A stretch of 64,000 nucleotides of DNA from Bacilli bacterium (GTDB lineage Bacteria > Bacillota_I > Bacilli_A > RF39 > UBA660): the NCBI GenBank assembly GCA_900768345.1, contig CAAGCO010000007.1, positions 64,953 to 128,952 of the forward strand, written 5' to 3'. Numbering within the stretch: position 1 is the first letter of the stretch; the number at the start of each line of letters is the position of its first letter. Shown in pieces: positions 18,003 through 27,073 of the stretch. The translations under genes were made by a program, and so were the position numbers. Under the pieces are notes generated by a model, which saw nothing but the letters and a program-made list of their open reading frames with translations, searched no databases and was not told the origin of the DNA.

Positions 18003-19919
18003 CTATGCTTGTGGTTCGGTAGTTTCTTCACTTGGTGTTGTGGGTTCAGTTGGTGTAATAGGAGTAACTACTTGTTTTTTTACATATATTGTTAAACTAC
18101 TTAATTGATCTATCATTGTATCAACATGTTCTTTTTGACTATGGAATTTATAATCTCCCCAAACGTCTATTGATACTTCTTTATTTGTATTATAATCTAT
18201 AAATTTAAGTTTAAGTTTATTTTTACTTGCATATGATTTTATATTTGCTACAGAGTAGCCAGATAGATTTTTAAGTGTATTTACTGTTGGAGTAGTGTAT
18301 TTACCTTGTCCAATTAAAGTATCTTCATATAGTTTATTTAAGTCAAATGAAGCAGTTTTAATAAGTTCTATTTTAGACTTACCTAGGTTAGCTTTTATTT
18401 CTTTTTTAATAGCATCTATACTTCCTTGATATGGAACTTGTACTGCTGGATAACCTTTAGATGATGGCTCATATATTTTTCCCCAAACATTATATGTTTT
18501 AAGTTGCATTCTTTGTAGATTAACTAGGTTAGCACTATCATTTATTACGATTGATTTAGCTAGGCTATAAAGTGATAATACGTCTTTAGTAGTTATATTT
18601 GTTTGGAAGTTTGGTTTAATCTTTTCAAGTATTGAAATTGCTTGGTTTGGATCTGTTAGTTTAGTAGCAGCACTGGCAACTCCCATTATGATTTTCATTT
18701 GATTTTTGCCTCTGACAAAATCATTTCTTGTTCCTTTGTTCCATTCATTACTACAGTGTTTTGGCCATCCATGTCTATTTCTAGCAAGGGCTAGGGCTTG
18801 TTCACCATTTAAGTGTTGTTTACCTTGTTTTACATATATTGTATTATTTCCCCATTTTCTTGAACTGTTTTGTTCACAAAATGAATATGGAACATCAACA
18901 TCTATTCCTCCGACTGCATCTACTAAAGATACAACACCTTTGAAATTGATTTTAGCATAGTAGTCAATATCTACATCAAATAGTTTTTCTATTGTTTTAA
19001 CTGCACAAGTTGAAGAACTTCCCCAAGTAGTAGTATTTATCCTTCTATAACTTCCATTTGAACATGCTGTTTTAATGTAAGTATCTCTTGGTACTGAAGT
19101 TATTGTTGCTCTTAAAGTTGATGGGTTAAATGTAGCAAGTAGAAGAACGTCTCCATTATAACCAGAAGTAACACCATCTTTAGATGAGTCAACACCTATA
19201 AATAACATTGTGAATGGCTTATCTAATGAAGCAGTTTCACTTTTAATATTTTCTTCGTTTGATTCGTATACTTTAGAACCTTCTAGTAATACTTTAGTAT
19301 CACTTTCAATATTTTCATATCCTTCTAGACTATAGAACATATCTACATAGTTACGACTGAAGAATGCAGCATCTATTTCTTTATTAGATAGGGCGTGTAA
19401 TAGTTCAATAGTTGAATCATATTCTTTTATTGTATTTGATGAATCTAAACTATATTTTTTAATTAATTCTTTAGGAAGTATATTTCCTTCGATATCTTTA
19501 GAATCACTTACTATACCAATTGTTTTTTTTCTTAAATCTTTTTGTGTATTTAATGATTTATCATATGTTACTAAAGAACTATAATAAGTATTTTTTGTAT
19601 CACTATATGCATCAATTGACTTATATATTTTAGTTAAGTAATAATATCCAGCAAATTCAACTCCGATTATTAAGATTGTTAATACTGCTGGTATCACAAA
19701 TGATTTCATAGTTTTTTTCTTTATACTTCTAAGTAGTAGGTAACTTAAGAATAAGAAGAAATATACAAGTATGATTACACCATATATTCTATAGAATGTT
19801 TCTACTCCTTCATAAAGTATTAAAGAGTAGGTGAAGAAACAAAGACTAATTAGTTCTATTAATAAAAGCAATAATGTTGCAAATGTTTTTAATATTTTTT
19901 TCTTTCTCATGTTTAACAC
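18003..19919 (-). CDS. LytR-CpsA-Psr (LCP) family glycopolymer transferase with a C-terminal extension
   Basis: It has N-terminal TM helices and an LCP core (LFIGVDS...; VPRDTYI). About 200 extra C-terminal residues end in a Thr/Pro/Glu-rich tail. Confidence 0.75.
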   Translation of the reverse strand: MLNMRKKKILKTFATLLLLLIELISLCFFTYSLILYEGVETFYRIYGVIILVYFFLFLSYLLLRSIKKKTMKSFVIPAVLTILIIGVEFAGYYYLTKIYKSIDAYSDTKNTYYSSLVTYDKSLNTQKDLRKKTIGIVSDSKDIEGNILPKELIKKYSLDSSNTIKEYDSTIELLHALSNKEIDAAFFSRNYVDMFYSLEGYENIESDTKVLLEGSKVYESNEENIKSETASLDKPFTMLFIGVDSSKDGVTSGYNGDVLLLATFNPSTLRATITSVPRDTYIKTACSNGSYRRINTTTWGSSSTCAVKTIEKLFDVDIDYYAKINFKGVVSLVDAVGGIDVDVPYSFCEQNSSRKWGNNTIYVKQGKQHLNGEQALALARNRHGWPKHCSNEWNKGTRNDFVRGKNQMKIIMGVASAATKLTDPNQAISILEKIKPNFQTNITTKDVLSLYSLAKSIVINDSANLVNLQRMQLKTYNVWGKIYEPSSKGYPAVQVPYQGSIDAIKKEIKANLGKSKIELIKTASFDLNKLYEDTLIGQGKYTTPTVNTLKNLSGYSVANIKSYASKNKLKLKFIDYNTNKEVSIDVWGDYKFHSQKEHVDTMIDQLSSLTIYVKKQVVTPITPTEPTTPSEETTEPQA

Positions 19920-19929
19920 TTCTTTCTAA

Positions 19930-21396
19930 TTATTTTTTCTTTTTATCTTTTTTCTTTTTCTTTGGTTTAGTTTCTTCTTTGTTTTCTTCTTCTTCTTCGT
20001 TTGATTCAACTTTATCTTCTGTTTTTTCTTGTTTGTCTTCTTTCTTTTCAGCTTCTTCTTTTTCTTTTATTTCTCTTTGTCTTTCTTCAAGTTCTTTTTG
20101 TTCCATCATCATTTGGCGTAATCTTTTTCTTTTTTTAGTATGTCTTATTTTAGATATAAGTATACATATTAGGATGAAGAATATTAGTACTGTTTCTCCT
20201 GTAAGAAGAAGTATCATTTTTTCATATTTATTTATTTTATCTTGTAATGGTTTTAATGTTTCATCTGTATAAGTTATAACAGTATTTGTTTTTTTATCAT
20301 ATGTGTAATAGTCACTTGTACCATTATTCATATTTTGTGCATGTATAATAGCGTAATCACTATTATCTAGTACTAAAGCATCAAATTCAATATCATTTAT
20401 AGTTATTTTAGATAATTTATAATTATCAATTTCTCTATCTATTGATAATGGATAGAGTTTTAATTGATCAAATTTGATTTCTTTATATTCACTAAATGTA
20501 TTAGTTTCACTATCATATAAGAATAATGAAATATCTCCATCAGTGTTTTTAAGTCCAACTAAAGTAAAATTATTTACTTCATTATAGAAAGCTGGAACTT
20601 TTTGATCATTTATTATTATTTCTTTCTTTTCATAATCTTCTGGTTTAATAAGATTACTTTCTCTTTTAACAATTGTATAATCTTTATCATTTATTTTTGC
20701 TGTTATTGGATTTGGATCTGTTACATTAACTAATATGTTGTATTTTTTTACTGATCCATTTTCTGCTTCAACTGTAATAGTGAATTTGTTTTCTCCTTCA
20801 GTTACCTTGAATATTCCAGTTCCTGAAAGACTTGCTTTTGAATCAGATAGGGCAGCATTTATTTTAATTTCAGTTGTATTACTTTCAGCAGTTACTTTAT
20901 AGTCAGTTGTATCTTTATTGAATGATGGTTCTAATTTTAATCCATTTATGCTTAAACTTTTAAGATTGTTATCTTTTGAATAACTTGCTTCTAATTCTGC
21001 TTGAGTTATTACTTTAACTGTTTTAGAGTTAGTGGTTACTTTCATAGCCACTTCACTTTTTGTATAAGCTCCATATGCTTTTACTGAAACAGTACCACTT
21101 CCTTTAGCTATTGCTTTTAGTGTCCATGTTTTAGTTCTTATGTTATCTGAGAAGTCACTTACATGCCTTATGTTTCCGCCACTTACTAGTTTGAATTTTT
21201 TAGTATCATAATTTAATGTCCATTCCCAAACTCCTAAGTTTGATCCTGATACTTTAGTTGTAACTGTAAATGTATTTCCGACTACTACCTTACTTTTATT
21301 TGTTGATACTCTTATGTTTGCTGTTGCTGCATTAATTGTTGTTGTAAAGAGTAGGGATATTATTAATACAGTTAGTGTTTTAAATATTTTATTCAT
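19930..21396 (-). CDS. Surface protein with a cadherin-like beta-sandwich domain, a C-terminal TM helix and a Lys/Glu-rich cytoplasmic tail
   Basis: It has a signal peptide and the motif LKSLSINGLKLEPSFNKDTTDYKVT... characteristic of the cadherin-like beta-sandwich. It also has a TM helix (LIFFILICILISKI) and a KKRKRLRQ...KKKKDKKKK tail. Confidence 0.5.
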   Translation of the reverse strand: MNKIFKTLTVLIISLLFTTTINAATANIRVSTNKSKVVVGNTFTVTTKVSGSNLGVWEWTLNYDTKKFKLVSGGNIRHVSDFSDNIRTKTWTLKAIAKGSGTVSVKAYGAYTKSEVAMKVTTNSKTVKVITQAELEASYSKDNNLKSLSINGLKLEPSFNKDTTDYKVTAESNTTEIKINAALSDSKASLSGTGIFKVTEGENKFTITVEAENGSVKKYNILVNVTDPNPITAKINDKDYTIVKRESNLIKPEDYEKKEIIINDQKVPAFYNEVNNFTLVGLKNTDGDISLFLYDSETNTFSEYKEIKFDQLKLYPLSIDREIDNYKLSKITINDIEFDALVLDNSDYAIIHAQNMNNGTSDYYTYDKKTNTVITYTDETLKPLQDKINKYEKMILLLTGETVLIFFILICILISKIRHTKKRKRLRQMMMEQKELEERQREIKEKEEAEKKEDKQEKTEDKVESNEEEEENKEETKPKKKKKDKKKK

Positions 21397-21404
21397 TTTT
21401 CCTC

Positions 21405-23564
21405 CTATAATTTTTTATCTCCAGTTATATGTTTTCTAACTTGAAGTAAATCAAGTATTGTTACTTTTCCATCTCCTGAAGTATCTCCTGCAAGAAATCT
21501 TGCATCGTTTAATTTACTATCTCTAGTTATGTGTTTTCTAACTTGAAGTAAATCAAGTATTGTTACTTTTCCATCTCCTGAAGTATCGCCTTTTACTACA
21601 AGTGTAAATGTTTTAGATTCAAGTAGAGTAGATATTGTAACTTTATAATTGGTTCCAATTACTGCTGTATCTTTTATTTCATTACCTTTAGAATCTTTTA
21701 TAATCACATTTCTAGCACCTGAAGTAATTAAGTTTGATTTTATAACTGAGGCATTTGTTTGAGGTTTAATTCCTGTTATATAATTATTTTTAATATTTAA
21801 TTTACTTTTTTCAAGTACCATACTTACTGTAGTAGGGTCATCAACTTTGTTAATTGTTACTACATATTTTTTTGCTTCGCCAGCTTCGCTAGTTACTGTT
21901 ATTGTTACATCGTTTTCATCATCTTCTAGTTTTGTTTCTCCGGTTCCTGATATAGTTGCTTTTGCGCTTTGAGTTTTAGCTTCTACTGTTGCTGTCGTTA
22001 GTTCTTTTGGAACATAAACATCGTATGTAAGTATATCTTCATCGAATGATGGCGTTAGTGCATAGCCAACTACGCTTAGTGATGCTAAATTATTATTTGT
22101 GTCACCACTTTTTGGTAGAGAAGTGTATTCTGGAAGAGTACCATCTTTATATATAGGAATATCGAATGTAAATTTTGAATTTAATAAATTTTCTTTTTTA
22201 TATGAGTTATATGATGAAGATCCTTCTGTTGCTGGTGCTTGAATATTTGTCATGTATTGATTTGCATAAGGGCTTTCAGCTTTAGGACCAATGTTGAACT
22301 TTTGATAGAATATTGTTTGTTGTCCTCTAGTAACATAGTTTTTAGCAAGTGTGCCACTTCCTTCTTTAATAGCAGTTTCAATGTTATTCCATGGCTCTCC
22401 ATTTCTGCCTATTAGTTTAGCAGCGTAGGCAAGCCCTCTTGTTACTGCTGAATATTTAACTCCATCTATCGTTGTTTCATAAGCTCCTATATTAAAGAAA
22501 TTATAGTATCCACTATATGTTTTACCTTTCCATGTGAATTTTCCACCATCAGTTGATGCGCTTCCACTAGCTCCAACTTCTAATCTAATTCTACTAGCTA
22601 CATGTATTGGACTTATACCTAATGATTTGGCTGCGTTGTACATCGGAATTGTATATTTATCATCTCCAAGTTTGCCACTTCCAAATATTGCTTTAATAAG
22701 AGTAGGGTATTCTTTATCTAAATTGCTATCATAATCTAATTTTTCAAACATAAATATTCTATTTTCTGTAAGCCAGTTTCGTGGGTCCATATAGAAAGCT
22801 ATAACACCTTTGTTAACTCTGAACCACGATTTTCCTTCAGCTGGAGTAGAAGAAGTTCTATAGTTATCATTCTTTGTTTGCATATAACATTTTCCTGCTT
22901 CTTTATCTACTGAAGTAACAAAACTTCTATTATTTTTATCTGCATTGAATACCCAGTTTGGATATTTTTTATGTAGATATGTTAAATATGGGATATAACT
23001 ATCTGGGAATCCTTTGTTTTTTAATTCTTTTGCATATTTTTCATCAGTAGCAGTTATATCACTTTTTTTAATAATATAGTCTTTGCTTATGTATCCTTCT
23101 TTTTCACCATAGTATTTGATTTTATAGAAGTTTCCACTAGAACCTAATATCGTTACATTTGCTCCAAGTGTTAGAGTTTCTATAACTGTTCCTTTTGAAG
23201 AGGCAGTTTTTCTTACTGATACATTGTTTCCAGTAACTCTTGCTGTCCAATCTATAACATTTATTCCGGTGTATGCATTATTTAAGAAAGTTACATATTT
23301 ACTACATACATATCCTGTTTTTTCATTATGAATAACTTTTAACCATTTTTCACTACAACCAGTACCACTATATAGTGTTTTATCAACTACTGAAATTGAA
23401 GTTCCTGCATTTACTGTAACTATTGCTGAATTGTTAGTACCAGGTCCTGTTCTAATTCTTACTGTGTTTCCATTTATTTCTGCATCAAAAGAGGCATTTA
23501 TATTCAATGGTACACAAAGAAATGTTAGTAGAATAAATATAGTTATATAATATCTTTTTTTCAT
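21405..23564 (-). CDS. Secreted multidomain protein: two SH3b domains, a putative peptidoglycan-hydrolase (glucosaminidase-like) domain, a cadherin-like and an Ig-like domain, and a C-terminal type-I dockerin (two repeats)
   Basis: It has a signal peptide. The SH3_3-like segments are VRIRTGPGTNNSAIV and VSVRKTASSKGTVI. The two dockerin Ca-binding repeats (GDTSGDGKVTILDLLQVRKHI) are encoded by a perfect 58-bp DNA direct repeat. Confidence 0.55.
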   Translation of the reverse strand: MKKRYYITIFILLTFLCVPLNINASFDAEINGNTVRIRTGPGTNNSAIVTVNAGTSISVVDKTLYSGTGCSEKWLKVIHNEKTGYVCSKYVTFLNNAYTGINVIDWTARVTGNNVSVRKTASSKGTVIETLTLGANVTILGSSGNFYKIKYYGEKEGYISKDYIIKKSDITATDEKYAKELKNKGFPDSYIPYLTYLHKKYPNWVFNADKNNRSFVTSVDKEAGKCYMQTKNDNYRTSSTPAEGKSWFRVNKGVIAFYMDPRNWLTENRIFMFEKLDYDSNLDKEYPTLIKAIFGSGKLGDDKYTIPMYNAAKSLGISPIHVASRIRLEVGASGSASTDGGKFTWKGKTYSGYYNFFNIGAYETTIDGVKYSAVTRGLAYAAKLIGRNGEPWNNIETAIKEGSGTLAKNYVTRGQQTIFYQKFNIGPKAESPYANQYMTNIQAPATEGSSSYNSYKKENLLNSKFTFDIPIYKDGTLPEYTSLPKSGDTNNNLASLSVVGYALTPSFDEDILTYDVYVPKELTTATVEAKTQSAKATISGTGETKLEDDENDVTITVTSEAGEAKKYVVTINKVDDPTTVSMVLEKSKLNIKNNYITGIKPQTNASVIKSNLITSGARNVIIKDSKGNEIKDTAVIGTNYKVTISTLLESKTFTLVVKGDTSGDGKVTILDLLQVRKHITRDSKLNDARFLAGDTSGDGKVTILDLLQVRKHITGDKKL

Positions 23565-23697
23565 GTGTACTCCTTTACATTCTTAATTATCATTATAATT
23601 ATAACAAATTACGACATATTTTTCATTAAAAACGAGGAATTTTACATAAATAGGTAATAAAAAAACTAAATAATTTTGATTTATTTAGTTTTAGTGA

Positions 23698-24753
23698 TTA
23701 TTGTCTTTCTGAAAAAGCATCTATAACTAGTTTTCCATTATATTCTTTTAATGTGAATTTGTATGTTTCATTACTTGTTTCATCATTATAACTATAACTT
23801 GTTTTAATTTCTGCTTCATATGATAAATCATTAGTTTTAGTTACATTGAGTATTTCTATATCAGGGTAGTCTCCACCGCCTTGGCTTTTAATTAACATAC
23901 CATTTTTATTTTTAGAAATTCCAATATTTTCAGTGTATTCTTTTTCAAAGAAACTTTCTGATACATAATTTAACATGGCACTCTTATAGTCATTATATTT
24001 AACATTTGTTGTAACCATTTCTGTTGTTTCATCAAAGCTATCTTTTGATTCGTCATATCCAATATTTAAGTATTCTAAAATTCCATCGACATGAGCCATA
24101 GAGTCCATAGCTAAAAATCTTTTAAATATTTTTGTTACATCTTCTATAGATGGATCTTTAGTATCAACATTATCATATGAATTTGTTTTACTACCTGAGA
24201 AACTATCAATAACTAACTTTTCATTTTGCTTTTTAACAGTAAATTCTTTTGTACCTTTGTATGTTACGTCGTTTTCATTAGTTTCTGTTATTGATGCGAT
24301 GTAAGAGTTATCTTCTTTTTCGATTATTCCAGTAACTTTATAAGTTATTTCATAGTCTCTATTATTTGGTTTGATTACAAAACCATCTTCACTTTTAGTA
24401 AAACCAATATTACTTGTGTATTCTCTTTCGAAGAATTCCTCTGTTACATAATTTAACATGGCATTTTTATAGTCATCAAATTTAACATTAGTTATAATAT
24501 TATCTTCGTAGTCTACGTCTTTGTTCTTATCATATCCAATGTTAAGTAATTCTAATATATTTCCTTTATAAGCAGAAGCATCAATCTTTAGAAAACTTTC
24601 AAATAAAGTTTGTATTTCATTAGTTTTATTAGGCTTAATAACTTCGCTTTGTTTATTGTTTATTCTATAAATATATATACCTCCGAGTAGAATTATTGCT
24701 GCGAAAATAACTAGCAGTATAGTTTGAAAGTATAACTTTTTCTTCTCTTCCAT
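23698..24753 (-). CDS. Membrane-anchored protein with an internally duplicated extracellular domain
   Basis: It has an N-terminal TM helix. Two homologous segments of about 150 aa share LNIGYD..KD...NVK..DYK.AMLNYV.E.FFE.EYT.NIG. A terminator lies at 23665-23697 on the minus strand. Confidence 0.4.
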   Translation of the reverse strand: MEEKKKLYFQTILLVIFAAIILLGGIYIYRINNKQSEVIKPNKTNEIQTLFESFLKIDASAYKGNILELLNIGYDKNKDVDYEDNIITNVKFDDYKNAMLNYVTEEFFEREYTSNIGFTKSEDGFVIKPNNRDYEITYKVTGIIEKEDNSYIASITETNENDVTYKGTKEFTVKKQNEKLVIDSFSGSKTNSYDNVDTKDPSIEDVTKIFKRFLAMDSMAHVDGILEYLNIGYDESKDSFDETTEMVTTNVKYNDYKSAMLNYVSESFFEKEYTENIGISKNKNGMLIKSQGGGDYPDIEILNVTKTNDLSYEAEIKTSYSYNDETSNETYKFTLKEYNGKLVIDAFSERQ

Positions 24754-24881
24754 TTTTATTCTCCTTATGATTAAATTTTATCATTTGTGATATTTATATA
24801 CAATTCTTTTTTGTATTTTACTAATTTTATTGAAAAAAATGCGATTATTAGTTTATAATAACTATTAGGGAGTTGAAATTT

Positions 24882-25964
24882 ATGGATTTTAATGTTAATG
24901 GGCATAATATATTTATAATTGTTTCAGTATGCTTTTTAGCTTCTTTAATATTTGTTCAAATGATGAAGAAAGTGGCTATATTTTTAAAAATTTTGGATAT
25001 ACCTAACGATCCTAGAAAGATTCAAGAACATCCAGTACCTTTATTGGGAGGACTTGGAATATTCTTTGCATTTTTACTTGGATATATGTTATTTGCACCT
25101 AAGAATAACTTGATGATAGCAGTTCTTATTGGTTCGTTTTTAATTATGCTTTTAGGACTTTTTGATGATATGACTAAGAGTGAAACACCAATGCCAAATA
25201 AATATAAGGTTTTAGTTCAATTAACTGTTGCTGCGATAGTTGTATTTTATGGAGGACTTGAACTTACTAAGGTTACTATGTTTGGTATAACTATTAAATT
25301 TAGTTCAGTACCTTTTTTACCGGAATTAATTTCTATGCTTATAATAGTTGCTACAATAAACGCTATTAATTTAATAGATGGATTAGATGGACTTTGTGCT
25401 GGTATTTCGTCAATATATTTTTTAACTATTGCTATTATAGGATTTATATTAAATAAATTTGGTGGTTTAGATATAATACTTTCACTAATTATGTTAGGTT
25501 CAACACTTGGATATTTAGTACACAATTTTCCACCAGCTAGAATATATCAGGGAGATGCTGGAAGTACATTCTTAGGATTTATGATATCAGTAATATTCTT
25601 ACTTGGATTTAAAACTACAACACTAACATCTTTAATTATTCCATTATTAATATTAGCTATTCCAATTATGGATACATTATTTGCTATTATAAGAAGAAAA
25701 CTTAAAGGACAAAGTATTGATCATGCTGATAAAGAACATTTACATCATCAATTACTTAAACATTTTTCTAAAAAGAGTTCATTACTAGTTATATATGCTA
25801 TTAATATAATGTTCTCAGTTACAACTATTTTCTATGTTTTAGGTGATAAAAAGATCGTAGCATTCTGTTATGTAATACTTATGTTTATAGTTTTATATTT
25901 TGTTCTTAAAACTAATATAGTATTTGATTGGTCTAAACCAAAAGAAAAAGGAAAGAAGAAATAA
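24882..25964 (+). CDS. tagO: Undecaprenyl-phosphate N-acetylhexosamine-1-phosphate transferase (TagO/WecA, MraY family)
   Basis: The polytopic protein carries the NAINLIDGLDGL motif. A GGGAG Shine-Dalgarno sits in front of the ATG at 24882. A terminator lies at 25964-25987. Confidence 0.75.
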   Translation: MDFNVNGHNIFIIVSVCFLASLIFVQMMKKVAIFLKILDIPNDPRKIQEHPVPLLGGLGIFFAFLLGYMLFAPKNNLMIAVLIGSFLIMLLGLFDDMTKSETPMPNKYKVLVQLTVAAIVVFYGGLELTKVTMFGITIKFSSVPFLPELISMLIIVATINAINLIDGLDGLCAGISSIYFLTIAIIGFILNKFGGLDIILSLIMLGSTLGYLVHNFPPARIYQGDAGSTFLGFMISVIFLLGFKTTTLTSLIIPLLILAIPIMDTLFAIIRRKLKGQSIDHADKEHLHHQLLKHFSKKSSLLVIYAINIMFSVTTIFYVLGDKKIVAFCYVILMFIVLYFVLKTNIVFDWSKPKEKGKKK

Positions 25965-26093
25965 ACTCCATTTTGGAGTTTTTTTGTTAATATAATGTAA
26001 ATTTTTATTAATATTTACTATTAATTAACGTTTTTCATCATCAAATTTTGAAATATAGTTAAATTTTGTTATAATTGTTTTAGAGGTGAATAG

Positions 26094-27062
26094 ATGAAAG
26101 TAGGTGTACTTGGTGCTGGTGCTTTTGGTTTGGCACTTTCACATATTCTAGTAAAAAATAATGTTACTGTTGAAATGTGGACTCATAGTGAAGATGAAGC
26201 AAAGGCTTTAGATAAAACAAGAACAAGTAAAAAATTAAATGGATATAAAATTCCAAAAGAAATAAAATTTACAACTAATTTAGAAGAAACAGTTGATGGA
26301 AAAGATTTAATAGTAATGGCTATTCCAGCTTTTGCGTTTGAAGATGTTACAAAACAACTTACTGAATACATTAAGAAGAAACAACCTGTGCTGATTGCTA
26401 CTAAAGGTATTCAACAAAATACATGTTTATTTTTAAATGATGTATTTTCTAAATATTTGAAGAATAGTGTAGCTGTTATATCAGGACCAACTTTTGCATT
26501 TGATATGATTAAAGATGCTCCTATTGGTTTTAGTATGGCAACTAAAAGTCATAAAACTGAAATGATTATTCGTAAGTGCTTTGAAAATTCAACTACTAAA
26601 TTTAGAAGAACTAGAGATATTACTGGTATAGAAATATGTGGTAGTATTAAGAATGTTATGGCTATTGCTAGTGGTATGTTAGAAGGTATGGGAGTAACTG
26701 ATTCAACAAGAGCATTATTTCTAACTGAAAGCATGAATGATATAAAAGAATTAATTGATGCTTTAGGTGGTAAAAAGAAGTCAATATTATCTTTTGCCGG
26801 GTTTGGAGATATTCTTATGACATGTACTAGTAAAAACTCAAGAAATTTTAGTTTTGGTTATTTAATTGGCAGTGGAGCTAGTAAAGAAGAGATAGATAAA
26901 TATTTAGAAAATACTACAGTTGAAGGTATGTATACGTTAAAATCTATTCACAAATTAGTTAGACGTAAAAAAGTTAAAATGCCTATAATAAATTTAATCC
27001 ATGATATTATTGAAGACAAAAAAGATAAAGAAGAGATGTTAAGATTTTTAATACAAAAGTAG
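26094..27062 (+). CDS. gpsA: NAD(P)H-dependent glycerol-3-phosphate dehydrogenase (GpsA family)
   Basis: It has an N-terminal Rossmann motif (KVGVLGAGAFGLALS), is 322 aa long and has an upstream promoter with TATAAT at 26072. Confidence 0.7.
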   Translation: MKVGVLGAGAFGLALSHILVKNNVTVEMWTHSEDEAKALDKTRTSKKLNGYKIPKEIKFTTNLEETVDGKDLIVMAIPAFAFEDVTKQLTEYIKKKQPVLIATKGIQQNTCLFLNDVFSKYLKNSVAVISGPTFAFDMIKDAPIGFSMATKSHKTEMIIRKCFENSTTKFRRTRDITGIEICGSIKNVMAIASGMLEGMGVTDSTRALFLTESMNDIKELIDALGGKKKSILSFAGFGDILMTCTSKNSRNFSFGYLIGSGASKEEIDKYLENTTVEGMYTLKSIHKLVRRKKVKMPIINLIHDIIEDKKDKEEMLRFLIQK

Positions 27063-27073
27063 GAGGGTTTAAT

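Noticed and set aside
19920-20110. Highly repetitive GAA/AAG/TTC-rich DNA (tttcttcttcttc...) that could be a simple-sequence repeat.
   Set aside because: It is the coding sequence for the Lys/Glu-rich C-terminal tail of the 19930-21396 surface protein on the minus strand. It is coding low complexity, not a non-coding repeat.
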